Shown one piece after another: positions 25,933-35,554 of a stretch of DNA of 64,000 nucleotides. Location of the stretch: positions 1 through 64,000 of the IMG/VR virus record IMGVR_UViG_3300032320_001595; one strand, written 5' to 3'. The first letter of the stretch is position 1, and each line of letters opens with the position of its first letter. The notes beneath the pieces were generated by a model. That model ran no database searches. It saw nothing but the letters and a program-made list of their open reading frames with translations, and had not been told where the DNA came from. This DNA is from a virus (Duplodnaviria; Caudoviricetes). A program made the translations under genes and the position numbers.

Positions 25933-26261
25933 TACTTCCATGTCTCCTTTTTTGCTATACTCAATAATACCAGATAGCCCATTAGGTCGTCAAGGTCATT
26001 ATCTCCTTGATATTCTCTACCGCGAGCGAATCTACTTAATTTATCATCAATTCTTACTTTTAGTTGCTCTGCATTATCTGCCTGTGAAAAAATTCTTACT
26101 GGGTCAAGTGCTGAGTTTCCATATGCTCTATTTTTTTCAATCAACATATTGGAAAGTCTATTGCATTCATCTAGAATAGCCATCTCTGTTTTATTTACTG
26201 GATGGAATTGAGCATCTGGATTTGTTGTCCTAAACATTTCATCTAAGTCTTTTTCTATCAT
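25932..26261 (-). CDS. DUF1599 / nucleotide-modification-associated domain protein
   Basis: KNRAYGNS...VRIDDKLSR...DLMGYLVL. Confidence 0.7.
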   Translation of the reverse strand: MIEKDLDEMFRTTNPDAQFHPVNKTEMAILDECNRLSNMLIEKNRAYGNSALDPVRIFSQADNAEQLKVRIDDKLSRFARGREYQGDNDLDDLMGYLVLLSIAKKETWK

Positions 26262-26425
26262 CGCTTACCAAACTTTCTTTGATCTCTTATTAACCCGAAT
26301 TTTACCAAATATCTGTAAATAGTTTGATGACTTACATTACATTCTTTTGCTATTTCCTCTAAGCCTTTTTTTTCTACGACATATCTTTTTGTCAGATACG
26401 CTTTACTTTCATATAATTTAGCCAC
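26258..26425 (-). CDS. small HTH DNA-binding protein (GTG start, 55 aa, not in ORF track)
   Basis: Hand-translated MAKLYESKAYLTKRYVVEKKGLEEIAKECNVSHQTIYRYLVKFGL...*. Confidence 0.7.
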   Translation of the reverse strand: MAKLYESKAYLTKRYVVEKKGLEEIAKECNVSHQTIYRYLVKFGLIRDQRKFGKR

Positions 26426-26990
26426 GATTCACCAAGTTCATGTATGCGTAATATGCCAAGCCGAATGAATCCCCAACATCATGGTCGTCTACTTCTATTC
26501 CAAACTTGTTATTAAAATAATCTAAAGTTCTTTGTTTTCTTAAATTTCTTGCGTAGTTTCTGTACCATGTGTCTGTTCTATCTGGATGCTGTAGTTTAAT
26601 TTCTGCCTTCTCCTGCTTTGTTAAATTTTTATTTCCAATGTAGTTTTGCCATGAAGATGGAGGTACTGTAATAATTCTACCAGGCTCATCGGCTAACTCT
26701 GAAACTAAAACCCCAACCACCATAGCCATGTGGATGGCTACTGCCTGAGACTTAACCATAATTGCGGACTCAATACATATGTAGTCTGGGTTAACTTCTT
26801 TTTTTATAAACTGTATTTTATTTCTACAGTCAATTACCTTTTCATATATATTGTTGCCATTAAAAACTATCTTCCCCCACTTTATTGGTTCTTCTCCCAC
26901 TATAGAGAAGGCAAAAGAGTTAGTGGATGAATCTACACCCATTACAGTTTTAGCGTTTTGCTTTATTAGTTTTTTTAACGACATTGGCAA
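26418..26990 (-). CDS. ruvC: RuvC-like Holliday junction resolvase
   Basis: MGVDSSTN, ICIESAI, DHDVGDSFGLA acidic residues. Confidence 0.8.
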   Translation of the reverse strand: MPMSLKKLIKQNAKTVMGVDSSTNSFAFSIVGEEPIKWGKIVFNGNNIYEKVIDCRNKIQFIKKEVNPDYICIESAIMVKSQAVAIHMAMVVGVLVSELADEPGRIITVPPSSWQNYIGNKNLTKQEKAEIKLQHPDRTDTWYRNYARNLRKQRTLDYFNNKFGIEVDDHDVGDSFGLAYYAYMNLVNRG

Positions 26991-27246
26991 TTACCTCTAA
27001 TATATTCTCTCTACTATTATCTTTCTCAGATTTTTCACATTGGTAGCAAATTAAATTTTCATTATATCTACTCAGCAGTTGTCCGCAGTAGCAGTATCTT
27101 TTTTCTCCGCCCAGCCTCTTTTTATTTTCGTAGTACTTTTCCATAATTTTTTTATTTGTTGCAAGTCTACAGCAACTAGGAGTACAGTACTTTTGGTTCT
27201 TTTTATTAGACTCAAATGGGTTACCGCAGTTGATACAATTTTTCAC
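26950..27246 (-). CDS. Cys-rich hypothetical protein
   Basis: CINCG...YCTPSCC...CYCG...CYQC. Confidence 0.6.
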   Translation of the reverse strand: MKNCINCGNPFESNKKNQKYCTPSCCRLATNKKIMEKYYENKKRLGGEKRYCYCGQLLSRYNENLICYQCEKSEKDNSRENILEVIANVVKKTNKAKR

Positions 27247-28019
27247 TCAACACCGACTTTTAGATTAGTAACTTTCTCCACGCCTTCTTCTCTTTCTAGG
27301 CAGGCTTCTGATACGGGGCAACCTTTACATGTCCAGGTAGATTTTGTATACCCTCTTTTGGGAGGAGTATTATTCTCATACATTCCATAAACTTTTTTCA
27401 TCCAGTCAAAAACGTACTCAATGTACTCACTATTTTTTTCAGTCATCTTTATTGGGATGCATAAAAGTTCATTATCATTCTTATTTTCGTAAAGGACAAA
27501 GCCTTCCTCTGCTCCTTCAATTTTCATGTATATTAATAATTGAAGAAGATGACTTGGAGAAGGAACTCCCTCGCCCTTTCTCTGAATAAAGTATTGGTCT
27601 TTAATGGTTTTGATTTCACCGATAATTTCTTCATCGTCAATCTCCAAAACTAGGTCAGCAAATCCACGGACGGGTGGACTAACGTTTTTTATTTCTCGCT
27701 CATTTTGTTTTAATAGACCAGTTTCTTCTATTAATTTTTCTATTCTTTCATGAGCCGCTGTCCCTGAATTCATAGACGCTATATTGGCTGCTGGAATATT
27801 CTCTGTAAACTCTGCACCATTAAATGCTATCCACCAGTATCTAGCGCATGTCCCGTGACCATAGCCTACTGTACTAGGAGCGAAACTAACTTTTTTCTTA
27901 AACTCTTTATCCTTATTATTTTTTTGATATGCTGAATTTATCATCTTAATAAACTTTTTAGAGTTTAACTTTGTATCCCTGGGTTGCGTTAACAATGACG
28001 CTATTAGATTCTTAGCCAT
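27243..28019 (-). CDS. Cas4/RecB-like PD-(D/E)xK exonuclease
   Basis: CAR near N-terminus, GTAAHER, GFAD...GEIKT, QLLIY, terminal CKGCPVSEAC. Confidence 0.85.
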   Translation of the reverse strand: MAKNLIASLLTQPRDTKLNSKKFIKMINSAYQKNNKDKEFKKKVSFAPSTVGYGHGTCARYWWIAFNGAEFTENIPAANIASMNSGTAAHERIEKLIEETGLLKQNEREIKNVSPPVRGFADLVLEIDDEEIIGEIKTIKDQYFIQRKGEGVPSPSHLLQLLIYMKIEGAEEGFVLYENKNDNELLCIPIKMTEKNSEYIEYVFDWMKKVYGMYENNTPPKRGYTKSTWTCKGCPVSEACLEREEGVEKVTNLKVGVE

Positions 28020-28021
28020 AA

Positions 28022-28354
28022 TTAACCTAAATTATACCTTACTATATACTTAAGAGAGTCTACAAGTTTATCAAGCGAGTCCTTTGTTGAGTAGTAAACA
28101 TTCTTCTTAATATTATTTGGAGAACCTGTTGGACCTTTTGCGGCTGTAGAATACCAGGCTGCTAGAATTCCAAACTTTGCTGATAGAGCCTGCAGTTTAG
28201 CAATAAGAGTTAGTGCCTGGGTTGGAGGTATGTCTGGCTTAGAAATAATTTTTACAATAGCCGCCATTGCTTCATCAAGACCGTCATCTCTGACAAAATC
28301 ATGAATGTCAGCGAACTCTGACACCTGATTAATCAAGTCGATTGTGTTATCCAT
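28022..28354 (-). CDS. hypothetical helical protein in recombination block
   Basis: 110-aa ORF between nuclease genes. Confidence 0.6.
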   Translation of the reverse strand: MDNTIDLINQVSEFADIHDFVRDDGLDEAMAAIVKIISKPDIPPTQALTLIAKLQALSAKFGILAAWYSTAAKGPTGSPNNIKKNVYYSTKDSLDKLVDSLKYIVRYNLG

Positions 28355-28646
28355 CTAACTCCTCCAATAGTTCTTCCAATATCCCCCACTCTATTACTGC
28401 CAGCCTAGTCTTACGATTTCCAGATCCTAAAACTAGCATGAGTAAAGGGTTTTTTGTGTTATCTGTTTTTAGGCAATCGGTAACGATCTTAGCCCAAATA
28501 TCTTCATTGATAGATATAGACTTTGAATATTCTTTTACGTCTACAATAAATCTTTCCGTGTTTCCATCTGCCTTTTGATATTTCCCGCGACCACTATTTT
28601 TATGAGCCTTAGCACCCATTCTTTTAAGTTCTGATCTCTCACTCAT
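28347..28646 (-). CDS. small PD-(D/E)xK nuclease, Hjc-like resolvase candidate
   Basis: SERSE...NSGRG...KADG...VDVKE. Confidence 0.6.
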   Translation of the reverse strand: MSERSELKRMGAKAHKNSGRGKYQKADGNTERFIVDVKEYSKSISINEDIWAKIVTDCLKTDNTKNPLLMLVLGSGNRKTRLAVIEWGILEELLEELDG

Positions 28647-28833
28647 ATGACAGCCTTGCGCTGTTCATATGGTTGTTCGGGCACTTCCAAAATACTTTTT
28701 TATTCTGAGAGTCGTACTTTCCTGATGTTACTGTTTCAAAGCACCCTGGCTCTGAACAAGTAAATGATCCATCAATATCTTTTAATGACCTAGAATCTTC
28801 TGAGTTTCTGATAAATTGTTTTGGATCTATCAT
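28639..28833 (-). CDS. small zinc-binding protein
   Basis: CSEPGC...WKCPNNH. Confidence 0.55.
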   Translation of the reverse strand: MIDPKQFIRNSEDSRSLKDIDGSFTCSEPGCFETVTSGKYDSQNKKVFWKCPNNHMNSARLSYE

Positions 28834-29837
28834 ATCTTCTCATATACCAAACGGCTTAATTCTTCCTGCATATCAAGGTCTTCTCTAACCCTTGCAATAA
28901 CATTGGCACGACCTTGAATTCTTTCTTCCAACACGGTGTACCAGGCTCCGCCACGCTCAATCACTCCAAGCATTTCTGCGGTATCAACAAGGTCTGCGAT
29001 CCAATCAACACCGACATGGCCTCCCTGGAAATAAAAATCGTAAGACCCTGCGATAAACTGTGGCCCCGTTTTATTATAGTCAATTGTCCAGTTTACTGGC
29101 CTACCTACCTTCTGCTCAATAAGTTTATCCCCAACTGCGATTTTATCTTTAATAGATGACGCTTCTGCTTCACTAGACCATAGTTTAATAATGGTACTAG
29201 AAAAGAACTTTACAGCCATTCCGCCAGTAGGAATATGGCTAGCGTGCATAGAACCAAACTGATTGCGCTGCTGTGAGATAAGTATGAGCAATGTTTTATC
29301 ATTAACATAGTTAAGCATTTTGACTGCATGTGTCATGTCTTTTGCTTCTGCGCCAATCTGCTTAGTGTCTTGTAGTTGCTTTAACTCTGAGCCATCTTTT
29401 TCAAAGTAGATTGCAGGAAGCAAGGCAGATATTGAGTCTACTACTAGTAGATCGACTCCCGAATGAATCAACTGGGTGCCCACATCTACCATATCATTTA
29501 TTGTTTTTGCTGATGAGTAGATCAAAGATTGTGAGTCTACCCCTAGTTTTTCTGCCCATTCTGGGGAATATGATTGTTCTGAATCTATCCACGCGCAGAG
29601 TTTACCCTCTTTTTGTGCCTCCGCTATTAGTTGAAGGCAGAAGGAAGACTTGCCTGCACTTTTATTACCCCATATAAGTACTTGACGACCATATGCTAGG
29701 CCACCCTTTAGAGCAACATTGAGCGATAAACTTGGGGTCTTCTGTTTCTGTATTTCTACATTAGCGGCGCTGCCGACCATCTTTCTTATTTTTGGATCTA
29801 GCCTTGACAATACTTCTTCCATCATCATATCGCTCAT
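28830..29837 (-). CDS. recA: RecA/UvsX-like recombinase
   Basis: GGLAYGR, WGNKSAGKSS, WIDSE, LVVDSISAL, ISQQRNQ, TGGMAVKFFSS. Confidence 0.93.
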   Translation of the reverse strand: MSDMMMEEVLSRLDPKIRKMVGSAANVEIQKQKTPSLSLNVALKGGLAYGRQVLIWGNKSAGKSSFCLQLIAEAQKEGKLCAWIDSEQSYSPEWAEKLGVDSQSLIYSSAKTINDMVDVGTQLIHSGVDLLVVDSISALLPAIYFEKDGSELKQLQDTKQIGAEAKDMTHAVKMLNYVNDKTLLILISQQRNQFGSMHASHIPTGGMAVKFFSSTIIKLWSSEAEASSIKDKIAVGDKLIEQKVGRPVNWTIDYNKTGPQFIAGSYDFYFQGGHVGVDWIADLVDTAEMLGVIERGGAWYTVLEERIQGRANVIARVREDLDMQEELSRLVYEKI

Positions 29838-30003
29838 TAAAATGACTCTCCAATACTTCAGCGATCTCTTTAATTCTATCGTTTCTAGAACGACTTAACG
29901 TATCAATTATTTTTTGCATTAGTTCCTCATCGTGACCACGAATAACTAACAACTTTTCATTATCCGCTCCATGAAGAAAGTATGCATTCATTATATCATC
30001 CAC
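29761..30003 (-). CDS. hypothetical protein
   Basis: 80-aa ORF, overlaps recA start. Confidence 0.45.
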   Translation of the reverse strand: MDDIMNAYFLHGADNEKLLVIRGHDEELMQKIIDTLSRSRNDRIKEIAEVLESHFNERYDDGRSIVKARSKNKKDGRQRR

Positions 30004-30328
30004 GAACGCCGTGCAGCCTTGGACGACCCTTATTAATTTTAGCCTTGCTTCTTACAGTTTTTTCTAATGAATGAACAACTTCACCGTTTTCTCGCAAACC
30101 TTCATACAGATCGCATACGCGGATAATAATATCTGCAAGTTCTTCTACTACTTGGTCATGGCCCTTTGATTTTCTTAGAGCCTCTAATACCTCAGTAGCC
30201 TCTGAATGAATCATGGCAATTTGCTTTGCAAAAAATATAAACTTGTCGTCAATAGATCCTAGTGGGTCCCAGAATCCTTTTTCTACTGCAGTTTCGTGCA
30301 AGTGGGTAGATAATCTATCTAAATTCAT
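29996..30328 (-). CDS. MazG-like nucleotide pyrophosphohydrolase
   Basis: IHSEATEVLEALRK...VVEELADIIIR. Confidence 0.8.
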   Translation of the reverse strand: MNLDRLSTHLHETAVEKGFWDPLGSIDDKFIFFAKQIAMIHSEATEVLEALRKSKGHDQVVEELADIIIRVCDLYEGLRENGEVVHSLEKTVRSKAKINKGRPRLHGVRG

Positions 30329-33300
30329 TTAGTAAAACCTTTCAATGATAGAGCGCCAGAATTTGTTTCTGAGAAAACTGGGCTGCAATGTGTTCCTGGC
30401 CTCATTCTGACTAGTGATTCAGCGTATACTGAGGGGAAGACAATAACAGAGAATAACTCTTTATCTTCATTAGCAAGTACCGCATGGGCCATCTTGTCGC
30501 CCTTCTTTGTTTTTCTTGGTTCAACGTCTACTACAAAGTATTCGTCTGGCCCAAGCACCATAGTCTTAGCCCTGAGAAATTGTACAAAAGATGATGTATT
30601 GTTGTCAAGACTATCTGGGGTGAGGTAGGATGCTATCCTATTATCGGATACAAGGAAGATATATATCTTACCAGGCTCAATCTGGGTATCCTGACTATGG
30701 AAGACTCCAACACTAGCAGTCTTATCTACAATCTCAACACGGCTCCACCCCTCACCACGCTTGATAGATTTAACCATAGCCATAACTATAAAGGCACCGC
30801 CCTCCTCATACTCTTCTAATGGCTTGAAGTATGACTCTACCCATCTTGGAATATTAGTTACAAACTCAGGAATGTTAAGGTACTCATACAAGAACTCTCT
30901 TTCGTTTCCTGTTCGCGGGTTGTCTGTAAAGGCTGCTGCCCCAATTTTATTCAAGGCGTCTACGGCCCTACTGTTTACCCCAGACCCCTTCTTACTTGTA
31001 AACTCAACAAAGTCTTCGTATGAAGAGAATGGCTTCTTGGCAAGAATCTTTTTAGCAATTCCTTCTGAAATATACTTCACATTCCCCAGACCGAATCTGA
31101 TTGCATCACCCTCTAGGGTAAAGTCCTCCCCAGACTCATTAATGTGTGGAAGCCTAATCTTAATATTCATACGCTTTGCTTCAATGAGGTAGTCCGTTCT
31201 CTTATCCTTGTCATTCTCGTTTTTAAGCAAAGAGAACATAAACTCTACTGGGTAGTATTTCTTTAACCATGCAGTCCAGTAGGACAAAGTAGAGTACGCT
31301 ACAGCATGGCTTTTATTAAATGAATATCCTGCGTGAGCCTCAAACGTGTGCCATAGTTTCTCTGCTGATTCCTCAGAGATGTTCTTCTTAGCACCAGAGA
31401 TAAACTTATCTTTAAACTGGTCGAATTCCTTTGCATCCTTCTTCTTGCCAATAATTTTACGGACCTTATCGGCCTCTGCCATCGTCATACCGCCAAGACC
31501 AACACAAGCCTGCATTACCTGTTCCTGGTAAAGAACACACCCATAGGTATCCTGTGTAAATTCTTTCATGATGGGGTGGATGTATGAGACTGCCTGACGC
31601 CCCTTCTTCCTTTTAATATAGTCTGCGCCAATAGTATTCATTGCACCAGGACGAACAAGGGCATTAGATGCAGCAAGTTCATCAAGGTTACTAACACCCA
31701 TCTTTACTAGCAGGTTTGTGTATGGAACTGCTTCTGCCTGGAATACACCCTTTGTATATCCAGCAGATAGATCTGCGTAAACCTCATAGTCATCTAGAGG
31801 AATCGAATTAAGATCAATACTGATGCCCTTTCGCTCCTTAACATTATTAATTGTGTCCTTAATTACTGTTAAAGTTTTTAGACCTAGTGCATCAATTTTA
31901 ATAAGGCCAATCTCAGCAGCCTGTTCCATATCTACAGCAACGACAGGAATTCTGCTGTCACTCTGAGTATCTTTTCTTGTCTCCATTGGAGCGTACAAAG
32001 AGATATCAGTCTTAGCGGTTACGATTCCAGCAGCGTGCAAACCAGTACCACGAATTCTTCCACGGAGTCTGTCTGCATATTCTACTATTTCTGGATATTT
32101 GTCTCTGAATTCCTTGGCCCCTGGAGTACGGATAAATTCTTCCCATGTCTCAATACCTTTCAATGCTTTATTTACTTCTGACAAGGGGATGTTAAAGGCT
32201 CTAGCAACGTCCCTGACAACACCCTTGTCCCTAAAAGTATTAAACGTTGCAATTGATGCAACATGCTTATACTCATCAATAAGATACTCTTTTACCTCAC
32301 CTCGACGGCGGTCCTCGTAGTCTGTATCGATATCTGGAAAGTCATTTCTCTCTGGATTAATAAACCTAAAGAATAGTAGACCCCACTTAATTGGATCTAC
32401 CTCAGTAATTCCTAGTGCGTAACAGACTAGGCTTCCTGCTGCAGAGCCTCTTCCTGGGCCAACGAGAATTCCCTCACCCTTAGCCCATGAAATCATGTTC
32501 GCTACGACAAGGAAGTATGAAGCAAAGTTCTTTTCTTTAATAATCTTTAGTTCTTCATTTATTCTTTCAAGATACTCTGGCTCAATTAGATCTCTGCTTC
32601 TCAGCCCATCCATAGCAAGTTGACGTAGTTCCTGATCTGGGTCTTTATGGCTTACAGGAAGTAGATCAACATCCTTCTTAATGTCATACTTAGAGATCTT
32701 TTCAGAAATCTCTACAGTATTTTCATAGATATCCTCACGGTCGATACCTTGAGAAATCATTCTTTCTTTCAGATCTGTGTAATTCATTAGCCAAATATCA
32801 AGATCCTTGAAAGACATCTGACGCTCCCCATAGAGATAGTCCAGCCTCTCCATAAGATCCTTAATCTTACGACTCTTACCGAAATCTGATTCCTTATCTA
32901 TCTTTGGATGTGTTCCAAGGATAAGCATGATCTCTTCTGCTATACGATCCTCTGGTGCAGCATAGTGGCAGTCCAGGGTTACCGCTGATTTAATGCCCCC
33001 ACTATCGGCAAGACTAAGCAGAGCGAGATTGAGAGATGCAGGGTTGTGTGGCTGTATTTCGATGTAAAAATCTTCCCCAAAAACATCTCTAAACCATCCA
33101 GCGTATTGTTTCGCAAGTGTTTCATTATTATTCTCCAATGCCTTTGCGATAATCCCATTCATGCAGCCAGACAGTACAACTAGACCATCGCCATACTTTT
33201 CTAGCATGTCAAAGTCCGTCCTGGGCTTAACAAAAAATCCTTCCTCCCAGGCATTCTCTGAAAGTCTGTTAAGATTATCTAACCCAGTATCGTCCTTAGC

Positions 33301-33582
33301 AAGAACAATAAGGTGGTTATAGATTTGATCATCTGGGGTTCGCTCCTTTTTAGAGCGCTTGTCTAGTCTATCTGTAGTAAAGTATGCCTCTAGACCTAGA
33401 ATCGGCTTTACACCGTGATCATTAGCCGCCTTTACAAGTTCCCTGTGCCCACTAAGAGATCCATGATCAGTAATACTAAGTGCCGACATTCCAATGTCAG
33501 AAGCCCTCTTTATTAGTTCTTCTGGCGAGGAATATCCATCTAGGAGACTATAATATGAGTGTGAATGATGATTATGAAACAT
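30325..33582 (-). CDS. dnaE: DNA polymerase III alpha subunit (family C)
   Basis: PHP HSHSYYSLLDG/ITDHG, GPGRGSAAGS, FPDIDTD, LHAAG, KIDALGL, YSFNKSHAVAY, OB-fold C-terminus; no intein seen. Confidence 0.96.
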   Translation of the reverse strand: MFHNHHSHSYYSLLDGYSSPEELIKRASDIGMSALSITDHGSLSGHRELVKAANDHGVKPILGLEAYFTTDRLDKRSKKERTPDDQIYNHLIVLAKDDTGLDNLNRLSENAWEEGFFVKPRTDFDMLEKYGDGLVVLSGCMNGIIAKALENNNETLAKQYAGWFRDVFGEDFYIEIQPHNPASLNLALLSLADSGGIKSAVTLDCHYAAPEDRIAEEIMLILGTHPKIDKESDFGKSRKIKDLMERLDYLYGERQMSFKDLDIWLMNYTDLKERMISQGIDREDIYENTVEISEKISKYDIKKDVDLLPVSHKDPDQELRQLAMDGLRSRDLIEPEYLERINEELKIIKEKNFASYFLVVANMISWAKGEGILVGPGRGSAAGSLVCYALGITEVDPIKWGLLFFRFINPERNDFPDIDTDYEDRRRGEVKEYLIDEYKHVASIATFNTFRDKGVVRDVARAFNIPLSEVNKALKGIETWEEFIRTPGAKEFRDKYPEIVEYADRLRGRIRGTGLHAAGIVTAKTDISLYAPMETRKDTQSDSRIPVVAVDMEQAAEIGLIKIDALGLKTLTVIKDTINNVKERKGISIDLNSIPLDDYEVYADLSAGYTKGVFQAEAVPYTNLLVKMGVSNLDELAASNALVRPGAMNTIGADYIKRKKGRQAVSYIHPIMKEFTQDTYGCVLYQEQVMQACVGLGGMTMAEADKVRKIIGKKKDAKEFDQFKDKFISGAKKNISEESAEKLWHTFEAHAGYSFNKSHAVAYSTLSYWTAWLKKYYPVEFMFSLLKNENDKDKRTDYLIEAKRMNIKIRLPHINESGEDFTLEGDAIRFGLGNVKYISEGIAKKILAKKPFSSYEDFVEFTSKKGSGVNSRAVDALNKIGAAAFTDNPRTGNEREFLYEYLNIPEFVTNIPRWVESYFKPLEEYEEGGAFIVMAMVKSIKRGEGWSRVEIVDKTASVGVFHSQDTQIEPGKIYIFLVSDNRIASYLTPDSLDNNTSSFVQFLRAKTMVLGPDEYFVVDVEPRKTKKGDKMAHAVLANEDKELFSVIVFPSVYAESLVRMRPGTHCSPVFSETNSGALSLKGFTK

Positions 33583-33603
33583 TTTTCTCCAATAAATGAG
33601 TAA

Positions 33604-33627
33604 GCACTAGGAAGTATATCCTAGTGC
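33604..33627 (-). terminator. hairpin between ssb and dnaE
   Basis: GCACTAGGA-AGTATA-TCCTAGTGC. Confidence 0.5.
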
Positions 33628-33646
33628 CACTCAACGATCAAGTATT

Positions 33647-34300
33647 TTACCAGTCAACTGCTGTGCTGGATGAAGTGTCAACATCTACACCCATGTAGAA
33701 TGCTTCCTGATCTGGGTACTTAACCTGACGAACAGCAACCTTCTCAAGTTCGAATGGCTCAATTCCAGCCCAATCAAAAGCCTCTGAGTCTGTAGCCAAT
33801 GGAATCAAAGTGTAACTTGTCTGAGTCCCTGTGCCGCTTCTCTTAAGACGCCATTGAAGGTTTGAAATAGACTGAGTATCGCCTGCGTACTCAATAAGAA
33901 TATTCGTTGCCGCAGACTTAGGGCCAACACCCTGGGACCAAACTGCTACATACTCCTCATTACCGTCGTCCACAATTACATTAGTGTAAAAACGGAGGCG
34001 TGCCTTCCAGCCTGCCTTGGGGTCCTTACGATGCATCTCACATCCAAAGCAGCGACCCTCATCATCTAGGCTACAAAGCCCCTTGCGTCGATAATCTCTT
34101 GGATTAGTATGTTCTGCCACAACAATGGCAAGGCCGCGACTCTTATCATAATTTGGTGAGTCTGGGTCAAGTTCGTTAACGAATCGAATCTTTACGCTCT
34201 GACCATCTTCCAACTTTAGCCAGCGTGCGCGAGCGCCTTCATCCATCTGGGGGCGCTCCATCTTACTCTTGATATTCTTTAATCCTGTAATAACTGACAT
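33647..34300 (-). CDS. ssb: single-stranded DNA-binding protein (gp32-like)
   Basis: WLKLEDGQSVKIRF, Zn-type H..C..C..C, acidic tail ending DW; position in replication block. Confidence 0.75.
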   Translation of the reverse strand: MSVITGLKNIKSKMERPQMDEGARARWLKLEDGQSVKIRFVNELDPDSPNYDKSRGLAIVVAEHTNPRDYRRKGLCSLDDEGRCFGCEMHRKDPKAGWKARLRFYTNVIVDDGNEEYVAVWSQGVGPKSAATNILIEYAGDTQSISNLQWRLKRSGTGTQTSYTLIPLATDSEAFDWAGIEPFELEKVAVRQVKYPDQEAFYMGVDVDTSSSTAVDW

Positions 34301-34351
34301 ATTATATATCTCCTAAAAATATTTGACCCTATGCATGGGCCTATGTGAATA

Positions 34352-35296
34352 TTATACAGCCAATACTAACTTATTTCCAGCGTTATTGAATAGATTTATA
34401 ATTTCGCTATCTTCTAAATCTCCAATATCCTTACCTTTATTAAGATGTACTACATCAACTTCTTTATTCAAGAACTTATTAATTTTATCTACTAGCGCTT
34501 TTCCCGCTTCATCGTTATCTGGACAAACTATAACACTAGAAGAATACTTTTGCAATAAAAATATTTGAGTCTTACTTACTGTAGCCCCTAACGTGGCGAC
34601 AGCGGGAATGCCAAGTTGCCAGAGTCTAATAGCATCGAAAGACGACTCAACCACCACCACCCTCTTGTGCTTAGATCTATTAAGGTTAAACAAAACCTTG
34701 CTTTTAGGCAGTCCCGTACTGTTCTTAAAAGACTTACCTTCTATAGATCTTCCAACAAAGCCCACACATTTAGATTCAATATCAAATACTGGGACAGTAA
34801 CCATGTCCTGTTTTTCCGAATAGCCAAGCATTAATTCTTTCTGTGCGTGCTGTGAGATTTTACGGGATAGAAAGTATTGTTGCGCCCTAGTATTGGATAG
34901 AAGGTTGTTGTTTAATTTAGAAATAAGATCAGTATCGAACTCTTTTAGTTCAGTCGGTTTATCAATAACTTCATCGATCTGCTCTGCTATGTTGGTCTGA
35001 CTGCGCTTTGAATTTATCAGCCTTGTTGCCTCAAAGTAATTACGCTTAGTTGAATGCATGACCATATCTATAATAGATCCAGATTCTCCACATGCAAAGC
35101 AAATAAACATGCCATTATCTTTATCTATTTCACAGGCTGGTGTATTTACATTATAATGATATGGACAAAACACTAGGAAGTGTGTATCTATTTCATTACC
35201 TATTTTAATATCGCAGGCTTTTAGGGTCTGTTGTATCTGTCCTGCTGTGTAAAATCCATTGGTATTAAATTGTTGCCGCTTACCGCTAGATAACAT
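34352..35296 (-). CDS. dnaG: DNA primase
   Basis: CPYH...CFACG zinc finger, GFVGR, TOPRIM VVESSFDA and PDNDEAG. Confidence 0.9.
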   Translation of the reverse strand: MLSSGKRQQFNTNGFYTAGQIQQTLKACDIKIGNEIDTHFLVFCPYHYNVNTPACEIDKDNGMFICFACGESGSIIDMVMHSTKRNYFEATRLINSKRSQTNIAEQIDEVIDKPTELKEFDTDLISKLNNNLLSNTRAQQYFLSRKISQHAQKELMLGYSEKQDMVTVPVFDIESKCVGFVGRSIEGKSFKNSTGLPKSKVLFNLNRSKHKRVVVVESSFDAIRLWQLGIPAVATLGATVSKTQIFLLQKYSSSVIVCPDNDEAGKALVDKINKFLNKEVDVVHLNKGKDIGDLEDSEIINLFNNAGNKLVLAV

Positions 35297-35535
35297 TTAG
35301 CCTTTGCCTTTCCAATAAAAACACCATATATGGTCAATAAAAATGTGTACTTGTCGTTCTTATATTTTAGGCTAAATGCAGGCTCTACGTCAAGGTGCGG
35401 GACATATCCATTGGATCTCATTAGGTCAACAAGAATAGATTCATAGCGCTCTCGCACTCTAGGAATTTCAGAATCATCTTCTATCATTCCATCAATATGA
35501 AATTCTTTTATTCTTTTATGACCAACAAAGTCCAC
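35221..35535 (-). CDS. conserved hypothetical protein
   Basis: 104-aa ORF with own TATAAT at 35541-35546. Confidence 0.6.
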   Translation of the reverse strand: MDFVGHKRIKEFHIDGMIEDDSEIPRVRERYESILVDLMRSNGYVPHLDVEPAFSLKYKNDKYTFLLTIYGVFIGKAKAKCYLAVSGNNLIPMDFTQQDRYNRP

Positions 35536-35554
35536 ACTACATTATACCTGTTAA

